Origin: Callorhinchus milii
Lineage: Eukaryota
NCBI RefSeq assembly: GCF_018977255.1
Contig: NW_024704742.1
Location: 56,174,001-56,238,000 of the forward strand
Length of the DNA: 64,000 bases
Direction: 5' to 3'
How positions within the stretch are numbered: position 1 is the stretch's first letter; each line of letters begins with the position of its first letter. Shown piece after piece: positions 53,281-64,000 of this stretch. The notes under the pieces are model-generated. The model ran no database searches. It was not told where the DNA came from and worked only from the letters and a program-made list of their open reading frames with translations. The position numbers were made by a program, and so were the translations under genes.

Positions 53281-54029
53281 ATTTCCATTCCAGATCTATC
53301 AGTCCTGATTGCCACTGTATTCTGTGTTTTGGGTTCAGTGGTTTGTTAAATACTTCCTTAAAAATTACTTTTCTTCGTAATTAATATTACTTCTATTCTT
53401 GGGTCTGTGCTGGAATCTAATCAAATATTACAAAAATTTTCATGAAGGAGGACATTGCCTCTTTTTGTTCCAAGCCAGCACTTATTATTAATAATTCACC
53501 TTGCATTTTATATGGACCCACAACTTTATGACTCCAAGACAAGAGTGTTAACAGCTGATCCATGCTGACACATAAACTCCAAATATAATCTGACCAAATA
53601 AACTCCAATTTAGAATTACTCCATTTTCTGATGATTGACATCTGCACTCACAATTTCATCTTCCTGCATCTTCCAGGAAAATCCCAACACTTATCTTCAC
53701 CTTTCACATTTATCACCAATTCCGGTTCAGCAGTAACACTGGAGTGACCAATGCACTGTCAGAATTATCATTCAACTTTAAAATGTGAAATGTTCCTGCA
53801 AGCCAGCTATGAAATGCATCAAATTGAGATGGGTGAATGGGGTGGGGGGGGCACTTGTCAATGACTCAAGCAGAAGGCCCAGAGTGAGCTACGTTCAGAG
53901 TGAGGCGAGGCCAGAGGGAGAAGGAATTGGGTGAGAGTGGGAATTAGGTGCAGAGGGGGAAATAGATGTAAGGTTGTAGTATATCTTTTAACAACAATAA
54001 TATAGGGATAAAGAGAGTGAGAGGAGAGA

Positions 54030-55025
54030 ATGGCCTGGCAGGTGATGTGTGAGGAATGTGGTATGTGGGAGTTGATGGAGGGCAACCTGAGCCCAAGCGA
54101 CTTCATCTGCAGCAAATGTCTGCAACTGAGGAAGCTCCAGCTTAGAATAGCTGAGCTGGAGTCTCAGGTGGAGACACTGCGCAGCATTAGAAATGGGGAG
54201 AGCTTCTTGGACAGTTTCATTCTGGAGCAAGACACTCCCCCGAGTCCCAGGGAACATTCCGTCACAAGCCACGGACCGGACTGGGTGACGATCAGACAGG
54301 CATGTAAGGGGACCCGAAGGAGAGGGGCAGAGGAACCCCAGGCTTTAATCTTGTCCAACAGGTATGAAATACTTGCAACCTGTGTGGACAAGGAAGTCTG
54401 TGAGGAAGATGGGCAAACTTATTCCAACACCTCTATGCAGGAGGCCACACAAAGGGGAATAGTCAGAAGGAATATAGTGGTAATTGGGGATGAGACAGTG
54501 AGGAAGACTGACACACTTTTCTGCAGCCGTATCAGGGAGACAAGAAGACTCTTGCCTTCCTGGAGCCAGGTTGAAAGACGTCACTTCCGGGCTGAAGAAA
54601 AATTTGAAGCAGGAGGGAGTGGATCCAATTGTTATAATTCACATAGGGACCAATGATGTAGGTAGGACAGGTAGGGACGAGTTGAGGAGCAAGTTCCAGG
54701 AATTGGGAGTTAAGCTAAAGAGTAGAACTTTGAAGGTATTAATATCGAGATTATTACCTGAGCCAGGGACAAATTGGTACAGGCAAAAAAAAATTAAAGA
54801 ACTGAATACCTGGCTAAAAGAGTGGTGCAGAGGGCAGGGATTTCATTTTATGGGCCACTGGCACCAGTATTGGGGGAGACGGGAGCTATTATAATAATAA
54901 TAATAATAATAATAATAATCCTTGCATTTAATATTCCAAAGGAATGGACTCCACCTAAACCGGGGTGAGACAAATGTCCTGGCAACACAAATAAATAGGG
55001 AGGTAGACAGGGCATTAAACTACTA
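54030..55025 (+). pseudogene. CR1 ORF1 (zinc finger, coiled coil, SGNH esterase-like), disrupted
   Basis: CEEC...CSKC, LQLRIAELESQVETL, VVIGDE, IHIGTND and NGLH motifs; frameshift near 54550 and a 45-bp insertion at 54891-54935. Confidence 0.88.
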
Positions 55026-55189
55026 AGGGGGGTGGGGGGGGTAAAATCAATCACATGTAATCCGTCACAAGTAAAATTAGGACCGATGAAAGTGGGAGAG
55101 CAGATTAACGAGGGAGATGAGCAAAGTGTGTCAAGTGGGGAAAAGAAGTCCAGGGATAGGGTACTGGTGAATAGGACTAATAGCCTGAA

Positions 55190-57770
55190 GTCAGAATTAA
55201 GGGCATTATATCTGAATGCGTGAAGCATTCGAAACAAGATAGATGAACTAACTGCACAAATAGAAACAAACGGGAATGATCTGGTAGCCATCACCAAGAC
55301 ATGGTTACAGGGAGATCAAGGGTGGGAGCTAAATATTCCAGGGTACGTGGTGCATAGAAAAGATAGGCAATGTGGTAAACGAGGATGGGGGGTGACCCTG
55401 CTAATAAAGGATGGGATAAAAACAGTAGAGAGGAAAGATTTTAAATCAGAAAAGCAGGAGGTAGAGTCAGTATGGGTAGTAGTATGTAACAGCAAGGGGC
55501 AGAAAACTCTAGTGGGAGCAGTTTATAGACCACCGAACAGCAGTCACAGTATCTTTTAAGGTATAAATAAGGAAATTAGCAGAGCATGTAGCAAAGGAAT
55601 AAACATTAATTGTGGGTGATTTTAATCTGCATATAGATTGGGACAACCAAATTGGGAAAAGTAAGATAGAGGAAGAGTTTATAGAATGTATTAGGGATAA
55701 TTATCTAGATCAGTATGCCGAGGAGCCAGGGAACAGGCCATATTAGACCTTGTTTTGCGTAATGAAGCAGGGCTGATCAGCCAACTGGAACATAAGGTTC
55801 CTCTAGGGCAAAGTGATCATAATATGAAGGAAATTAGCATTAAGTTAGAGAGAGAAGTAGTTAAGTCCGAAGCAAAGTCTTAAATTTAAGGGGAGCCAAC
55901 TTTGCTGGTATGAGAGAGGTTTTAGCGAAAATAAACTGGGAAATTAGATTTAAGGATTTGACAGTAGACCAGTAATTGCAGACGTTTAAGGCAAAATTCC
56001 CAGCGAGCACGTATTCCTTTGAGGAATAAGAATGCCAACCGTGGCTAACTAGAGCAGTTAGGGAAAGTATAACATTAAAGGAAGAAGCCTATAAAATAGC
56101 TAAGATGAGTAGTAAACCCGAGGATTGGGAGAACTTTAGGGATCAACAAAGAAGAACCAAAAAAGTGATTAAGAGGGAGAAAATGGAATATGAGGGAAAA
56201 CTAGTGAGGAGCATAAAGGCAGACTGCAAGAGTTTTCACAAATATATAAAGAGGAAGAGACTGTCAAAGTTAAATGTGGGTCCGCTACAGGCAGAGACGG
56301 GGGAATTATAGTAGGGGACAAAGACATGGCAGAGTCATTAAACAAGTACTTTGCTGCTGTCTTCACCTTAGAAGACACTGAAAACCTACCAAGAATAGAG
56401 GGGAACCAAGAAGATAATGTTAGCGAGCAACTTGGGGAAATTAATACTAGTAAAGAAATGGTTTTAGGTAAATTGTCAGGTCTTAAAACTGATAAATCCG
56501 CTGGACCTGATGGCCTACATCCTAGGGTTTTAAAGGAGGTGGCAACTGAGATAGTGGATGGCTTGTCTTTGATCTTCCAAAATTCTCTGGATTCTGGAAC
56601 GGTTCCCATTGATTGGAAGATTGCAAACAACACCATAATTTAAGAAGGGTGGGAGAGAAAAGATGGGGAACTAAAAACCAGTTAGTCTGACATCAATGGT
56701 AGGGAAAATTCTTGAGTCCTTAATTAAGGATGTCGATATGGGATTCCTGGAAGACCATAACAAGATTAGGCAGAGTCAACATGGCTTTACAAAAGGGAAG
56801 TCATGCTTAACTAATCTTTTAGAGTTTTTTGAAGATGTATCTAGCAGGTTAGATAGGGGGGAACCAGTAGATGTAGTATATTTAGATTTTAAAAAGGCAT
56901 TTGACAAAGTGCCACACAAACGGCTATTGCACAAGGTTAAGGCCCACGGGATTAATGAGACATATTAACATGGATTGAAGAGTGGCTAACAGGTAGAAAA
57001 CAGAGAGTAGGGATGAACGGGTCATTCTCGAATTGGCAGGATGTGACTAGTGAAGTGCCACATGGATAAGTGTTTGGGCCTCAACTATTTACAATTTACA
57101 TCAATGATCTAGACGAGGATATTGAATGTAACGTATCTAAATTCACGATGACACTAAACTAGGTGGGAGAGTAAGCTCTGAGGATGATGCAAAAAGATTG
57201 CAACGGGATATAGATAGGCTAGGGGAGTGGGCGAGTAGGTGGCAGATGCAATTTAATGTGGGGAAGTGTGAAGTTATTCACCTAGGTAGCAAAAATAGAA
57301 AAACAGATTATTTTCTAGAGGGGTAGAGATTAGATAGTATTAGTGTTCAGAGGGATTTGGGTGTCCTTGTGCACCTGTCTCAAAAAGTTAGTTTGCAGGT
57401 GTGGCAAGCAACTAAAAAGGCAGTGTCGATTCACTAGGTTAGTTACTGGGATGAGGGAACTAACCTATGAGGATAGGCTGAATATTCTCTAGAGTACAGA
57501 AGAATTAGGGGAGATCTTATTGAACCATATAAGATTCTTAAAGGGCTGGATAAAGTAGACACTGAGGGACTGTTTCCCCTGATAGGAGAATCTATAACCA
57601 GGGGTCACAGTCTTAAAATTAAGGGTCACCCTTTTAGAACAGAGTTGAGAAAACATTTCTTTACTCAGAAGGCTGTAGATGCTCAGTCCTTGAACATTTT
57701 CAAGGCTGAGACTGATAGACTTTTTAAAAATAGAGGGATTAGGGGATATGGGGATAGGGCAGGTAATTAG
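55190..57770 (+). pseudogene. CR1 ORF2 (APE endonuclease and reverse transcriptase), disrupted
   Basis: LYLNA*SIRNK, VYRPPN, GDFN, SDHN, GPDGLHPRVLKE, SCLTNLLEFF and DFKKAFDKVPH; many stops and internal deletions. Confidence 0.92.
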
Positions 57771-58169
57771 AGTTAGGTCAGAAGATCATCCATGATCTTA
57801 TCGAATGGTGGGGCAGGCTCGAGGGGCCGAATGGCCTACTCCTGCTCCTAATTCTTATGTTCTTATTTTCTAATGTATTGCACGTCTGCTTCCTGACTCA
57901 ATGGGTTGAGGGACAATTTCTTCCTTGACTTAGTTCTGGTAAGTGACAAAAGACTATTCAAGGAATAGACATAGTTTATCAATGAGGTGACTGTGACAAT
58001 GCTGAATAACATTCAGTTTAACTTGGAAAGCAGCACAAGCTCAAAACCAAACTCCAGTGTACAACTTTACTTGAGCAAATTTCAGGGTTGTGAGGGATGA
58101 TATAAGTGATATAGACTGGGAGACATTACTTAGTTCAGGGTTAAGTAAACATCTTTAAAACACATTATA

Positions 58170-58780
58170 CAGATTATGTGGGAAATAGGCACATATCCAA
58201 GTGCAACTAGGGCAAGTTAATCAAAAAAGCACCCAAATGGATCAACAAGAAAATACGATTTAAAAAAAACTTGTAAAGTTAGTAGGGAGAAAGGAGATGG
58301 TAAAGGAGAAAGGCTGAATACAAACTGTACAAAAAGAGGTTAAAAAATAAAGATTTGGGGAGCCAACGGAAAATTAAAAACGGATATGGCAGCAAATGTG
58401 AAATTTATTGCCAAATTTTTTGACAACATTAAAATAGTAAGAAAATAGTCAGGGAAGATTTTGAAACTCTAAGGTACCCAAAGGGGAATAAAAAGAGAAT
58501 TAATTGGATAACAAATATATTAAATGGCTACTTCCTAGAGCTTCTTAGTCAGGAAGACATTAATACCTGCTGCCCAACATTGAGTAAAGTTGAGTTCCAG
58601 GACATTGACCTAAATAAGATTGTTGTTCTCGATAGGCTTAAAGGGGCTAAAAAACACCAAATCCCCCAGATGGCTGAACTGGACCTGAGAGTAACTAGAG
58701 AGACCAAGCAAGAGATTTTGTAGCACATGACAAGAGAGTTAATCACCCCTGGAGAGGTTCCAATGGAATAGAAAGGACGG
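58170..58780 (+). mobile_element. Very old CR1 ORF2 remnant
   Basis: Degenerate PKWIN, LKGLK, RV-RE and GEVP-EW segments in CR1 order. Confidence 0.5.
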
Positions 58781-60284
58781 AGCCCTTCGGTCTACACTGC
58801 CCTGTTGTTGAGCACACTGGAGGTAGAGTCAGCTATGTGGGCAAGCAAAGGCCAAAGTAAATTGCATGTGACCTGAATTAAGCAATTGGTTTAGAGTTAG
58901 CTTTGAAGTTGGATCTCTAAAACATTAAAGTGGCTGGCACGTTACAAACTGTGATGTAAAGCTGCCCTCCACCATACTAATTAAATAGCTAAGTGACAGT
59001 CTCTGGAAGGTGTTACTTGGAATCCAAGTTCAAGAACACTCATTTGTACATGCAGCACTTCAAATCCACCTTCATTGGTTTGCAGTGAGGTAAGTAGCTG
59101 CTGCTTAAATTCTGCACTTACAACTGGTGGAACTATCGTTCAATCAGTACAGATGTACATCTAGGCAGTGGGCATGAGGATGGTGGCAATCCTCTCACTC
59201 GTTTCACACTGAGCTGTGTTCCCTATCAGTAACTTGCAGGGAGTTCTTGGTACCTACAATCCACTTAGTGAGAACTTAAACCTGTATTGTCAGATATCAA
59301 ATGACCAAGGATGGGAAGGGTAGGGTGGGGGTAGGGATTAGAGAAGAGGTTAGCAGGGTCTCTCTTATGATCTTGAGGAGCAATTGGCCATCCATACTCC
59401 TTTATTGATATGAATGAAAACAAATAGATCCAATATGTAGTCAACAACAACTTGGATTTATATCCAAGTCACGTTGAAGATACAAGTGATGATGTAAGTT
59501 GATGTTTCCTTTGGTTGACTGATGGTTTCAATCAGTTCTCTTTGAAGCCATACAGATATTTTATTTTGCATATTTCTAATTCATCTCCAACCACCCTGAG
59601 CACATTGATGTCCAGAGTCGATGACTAACTGATTTAAATGATTTATCTCACAAACAGAGAAAACTTCTATCAAAGTCTTTATGCTTCCTCCAAAGATATT
59701 CATCACAGATATTTTATCTTCACATCTTTACCAACTCTCTTTCAAATTATAAATGCGCTACTGAGATAAAAAGATATTCTGAGGATGGGATGAAGGTAAT
59801 TTTAAACCCCTTGTATTTGATCTGCATGTACATTGCTGATAACACACATGCACACAGTCTGTTTCTCCTTTTCTTTCTCTGAATTCCGGTCTGTTTTTTT
59901 AGAACAAAAAAGCAGTGGATGGATTTAAAGGGATTACAATTCTGGATTTGATGCAAGCAGCAACAGCTGATGATTTATGGTTATATAGTCACAAAGTTTG
60001 GAAGTTAAAATGATCTTCAAATTCAATTTCAAGAAATTAAGTTTGTGAAGCATAACCTTTTGTCCCATTCATGAGCTTTACTTGGGTAGAAAATATAAAC
60101 TCTGCATACTCAGGCAGTCAGATATCCTTCCTCACATATTTTTTTAAAAAGGGGATAAACTGGATTGACATTTGTCTAAACTACAAGTTGATTTAATAAT
60201 GTAATAATCTGACATTAATGCTATTGCCCAAATCTAAACTACTAGTGAAATTGTAATTGTAAAGCCTTTGAGATGTTATCCTAT

Positions 60285-60604
60285 CAGGGTGGTCCAACCT
60301 TTTGGCTCCTGAGGGCCAGATGCCAGATTTGAGAAACGTCCGTGGGCCACATCAGCAATATTTTATCCTGATTTACGAGTCCCATTGCCGGGCAGAGCCT
60401 AAGTCCTTGTGACCGTCTCCTGATTGGCCAGTCACATTGTCAGGCAGAGCCTGATCCCCCCCAGTTACTGTCTCCTGATCGGCTTGGGCCCTGCATGTCA
60501 TCTGTATTTGCCTGTCGGACAGTGAAATTGATATCGTTCCCAGGTTGGATGAAATCATACCCTGAGCCAGATGTGGCCCACAGGCTGCCAGTTGGACCAC
60601 ACTG
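60285..60604. mobile_element. hAT (Charlie-like) MITE
   Basis: 14-bp terminal inverted repeats CAGGGTGGTCCAAC and GTTGGACCACACTG (13 of 14 match); subterminal GGGCCA/TGGCCC motifs; interrupts a SINE tail. Confidence 0.8.
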
Positions 60605-60871
60605 CCCTACATGAATGATGCTATAGTCTAGGGTGACACTCCAATACAGTATGGAGGGTCTGAAACGTTGTTGGAAGTGACATCCTTTGGATAAAATGTT
60701 AAATCGAGGTCAGATTCTCATAATTATCTTGCTGATTTTGTTATGAAATGTCAAAAATTACTCTCCAAGATATATGCTGTTGCCACAATTCAGTGCCGTT
60801 TCACAGGGTAACGACCTGACTCAATCACAGGTCACAATTTTTACTAATTAGTGTAGTAGGGATCATGTACA

Positions 60872-62340
60872 GTATTAAATTTGATACAGTGCTTTTCATA
60901 TTGGGAGGACACCTCAAAGCGGTTCACAAGATAGAACTGTAAAATGTATTGACTTTGTATTTTGCAGGTGTTGGAGGCAGCCAATGTATGCCCAACGTCC
61001 GATCAACAGCTATGAAACGAATGTCCAGTTTAATTTGGGGATTGTTGGCCAGGACACTGGGAAGAATTCCTTTCTCAACAACCACAACAACAACAAGATT
61101 TCATTTATAGAGCGCCTTTCATGTCGGGAGGACGTCCCAAGGCCCTGTACAGTTGGGTTGGGACCTGAGCAGGAGGGAAATGGTGAGGGGAGGGAAGAGA
61201 AGGAGCAAGGAGGGGGTAGAGAGTCGAAAGGGGAGCTGAAGGCACGGTCAAAGAGAAAGGTCTTGAGACCGGTCTTGAAGGAGGAAAGGGAGGAAGCAGG
61301 CCCGGCCATTGATGGAGCGGTTGGGGCGGGGGATGTGGAGCAGACCGGAGCCAGAAGAACGGAGGGTACGGGCAGGTAGGTAGGGGGATAGTAGGTCGGA
61401 GAGGTAGGAGGGACCAAGGCCGTGAATGGCCTTGTAGGTGAGGATGAGGATCTTGAATTCGATCCTCTGGGGGATGGGGAGCCAGTGGAGGCGAGCGAGG
61501 GTGGGAGTGATGTGGTCCTGGTGCGGGACAGTACACGAGCTGCAGAGTTCTGAATGACCTGCAGTGTGGAGGGAGGTGCCGGGAAGGCCGGCGAGGAGAG
61601 AGTTCCCATAGTCCAGCCTTGAGGTGATAAAAGGGTGGACCAGGGTTTCAGTAGCGTGAGGGGTGAGGTAGTGCCGTTGTCTGGCGATATTCCGGAGGTG
61701 ATAGAAGGTGGTGCCAGTTGTGGCGCGGATAAGAGGAAGAAAGGACAGCTCAGGGTCGAACAGAACACCGAGGTTCCTGACGGCTTTGAGAGGTGGAGAG
61801 TGCAGCCTTGGATGCTGATGCTGTTAGCACCTGAGGTGCGGAGGCGCTGATGTGAGCCAATCAGGAGGGCCTCAGTTTTGCCCACGTTGAGCTGAAGAAA
61901 GTTGTCTCTCATCCAGGACTCGATGTCGGACAGGCAGCTGTCAGGACATCGGTGGTCGTGGAGTTGAGAGGAGAGGAAGAAAGGTAGAGTTGGATGTCAT
62001 CCGCATACATGTGGAAGTTAACCCCATGTCTGCGGATGATGTCACCACAGGGGGAGCATATAGAGGGTGAAGAGGAGGGGCCCTTCTCTTTTCAATTAGT
62101 GTCATTGGATGTTTAACATCCACCTGAATAGACAAATGGGACCTAGGTTTAACATCTAATCTGAAGCACGGCACCTTTAGCAATGCAGCACATCCCTAAC
62201 ACTGTATTTGAGTATCAACCTGGACTATGTGTGTTCAAAATCCCAACATGGCTCTTAAACCCAGAACTGTTTTTTTGTCAGCTGGGTGTCTAACACATGT
62301 GAAAACTCATCACCATGCTTAAGAGTATCAATTGAGCCAG
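60872..62340 (-). mobile_element. Old Deu-domain SINE split by a young L2
   Basis: Tail and 3' body at 60872-61075; remainder (ACATCCACCTGAA...GGTTTAACATC...GGCACCT) at about 62082-62340. Confidence 0.72.
61076..62080 (-). mobile_element. Young L2 3' fragment reaching the RT YADD motif
   Basis: FHMYADDIQLY and MRDNFLQLNVGKTE; similar to the 38820 and 42866 copies; (CAA)n tail at left. Confidence 0.93.
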
Positions 62341-63269
62341 GCACCTGTCTCCAGGAGGAGTTGATGCTTGAGGAGCAAAAGAATCAAAGTCTAAATTATT
62401 TTGCAATGTATTGGGTCTATTCAATTAGAAATTAGTATTGCAGCTACAATCTATTATCTGAGATATACAAGCTTTGAATAAGAAAATATCAAGGTCAGAG
62501 AAAGTGAAGTAAACTGTAAAATGACAAGCAATATGACAAAACTGACAAAACAAATTCATGAAAATAAGATTGGATGTGTGATTCAATCATTTGCATGATA
62601 AGCAAACATGTCAAAAAATGATATGATTGACTGTAATTAAAGCCAGACAAACGACAACAGGACAGATGTTTTGGGGAGGTTATATATCAGTTTAATTTTG
62701 TCATCGTAAACTGAAACATATATCCAATACCATTTAGATTGTGGTTGAAAATGTGGCAGGATGAATGATCACTATGTGAAATGCTGTGATGAAAAGAATT
62801 CTATTCTGAAAAAGTCTACTTGCAGAATTCTATTGATACATCCATGATGCTTAATGTTTGTTTTAAAATTCTCAGTGAAATATCTACCACGTTTTGCTAC
62901 GCACGCTCAACAGCAGTATTCTTAAAGTATTAACTAACTGTGCAATACAGACCTGCTTTCTGATGGATCACTGAGGCTCATCCACCCACTCTGTTAAAAT
63001 TTTTACCCTTTGGCAGAGTGGCAGTAAGATTCATGGTGCTCAATATAGCAAACATTAATACGGATCATAGTGTTAAAATAATATGTTGCACTCAAAGAAA
63101 ATGGTGATCTTCTAAGCCAGCTGGAAAAAGAAAAATATTGATAACGTCTTCAACTGTTCATGCTGTGAATCATCATCTAACATTACTTTTAATCCTTTCC
63201 TATTTGGAGGGTTTCAGAATTTCTATCAATGGCAGTTGAAGGATGAAATATTTTTGATGTTAATAAAAT

Positions 63270-63780
63270 CCAATTCAATTTACACTTATATACACATTTC
63301 ATGGTGGAAGGACATCTGAGTTTGACAGTGGTGGCTGGGCACCCCAAGATGGGGAGAGAGGTGGATCGAGGTAAGATCACTGAAAGCACAATTAATTAGG
63401 TTGTCTTGAGATGGGCTTTGAACATGGGGAGGGAGTGAATGGGAGGGACTCTGGGATAGAGTTCCAGAGATAGGTAAGGCAAGGCTGTGAAGGGATTTAA
63501 ATGTCAGAGCGAGGATTTTCTATTTGATTTTCTGGGCAATGGGATGCCATTGGAGCTTTGCGTAGATGGAGGTAACAGGCTCTTGGAGACTGGTGCAAGA
63601 GAAAACACTGGCTGCACAGTTCTGGACGGTCAGTTTTAGACTGATGCATTATTGCCATTCTGAAAATGACAGTCCAGGCATTAAGACTGCTTTGTTGAAT
63701 TTCTCTCACCAAGCCTTCTTGCAGTTCTCTGCAGTGAGTCATTACTTTGCTCCCATTGCTCCCTTTAATTGCTTGGCCAT
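63270..63780 (-). mobile_element. Old L2 3' fragment
   Basis: Degenerate tail plus SLE/AHLKT, KILA and VQNCAA remnants. Confidence 0.55.
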
Positions 63781-64000
63781 TTCTCCATCTAAGAAATACC
63801 ACTTACCTCCATCACTAAAGCAACCATAATCCTCATTCATGTCCTCACCATTTTAGTATTCAATTCTCAAATACTCTCCTTACCAGCTCCCCCAGCACCT
63901 CCCGTTACCTCACCGAGTCAGCATTTACTCTCTTATTGCTATCCACATTCTTTACTGTGTCCTGGCCAACAATCTCTCAAATAAAATTTATCATTCACTT

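Larger units (their letters stand above)
53850..57866 (+). mobile_element. Near-full-length dead CR1 LINE (copy B)
   Basis: Purine-rich 5' UTR, ORF1, ORF2 (APE and RT), 3' UTR and TTCTTATGTTCTTA tail. The 5' boundary is approximate. Confidence 0.96.

Noticed and set aside
61010..61912. 300-aa ORF, the longest in the track
   Set aside because: Only the first 40 or so residues are in the L2 ORF2 frame; the rest is off-frame L2 and SINE sequence.
1..64000. CRISPR array, prokaryotic operon or defence system, endogenous virus
   Set aside because: No regularly spaced repeat-spacer units, no gene-dense ORFs, and no LTR, gag, integrase or viral motifs seen.

Overview
This is eukaryotic, repeat-dense, apparently non-coding DNA (a large intron or intergenic region) from a cartilaginous fish. 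The repeat inventory suggests a chimaera or elephant-shark-like genome, but that is inference and I cannot verify it here. I find no confidently supportable host protein-coding gene, functional tRNA or rRNA gene, or CRISPR array, and the longer ORFs with recognisable motifs are decayed retrotransposon frames. The window holds: (i) CR1 LINEs, including a near-full-length dead copy at about 53850-57866 and a close 5'-truncated relative at 5421-7335; (ii) many L2 LINE fragments of at least three tail types; (iii) a young tRNA(Ala)-derived SINE with a CORE-like segment, a Deu-like segment and an L2-type tail; (iv) older Deu-domain SINEs, several split by later LINE insertions; (v) two hAT-like MITEs; (vi) a Penelope-type palindromic element with an 11-bp target-site duplication and a degenerate hammerhead ribozyme; and (vii) TE-free AT-rich islands that look like conserved non-coding elements. 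I see no evidence of a wholly new biological system. The best leads are the hammerhead-bearing Penelope relic, two CR1 copies sharing the same disabling mutations, and the SINE/L2 tail stem-loop variants. Family names are from my recollection of consensus sequences, and most boundaries are approximate.
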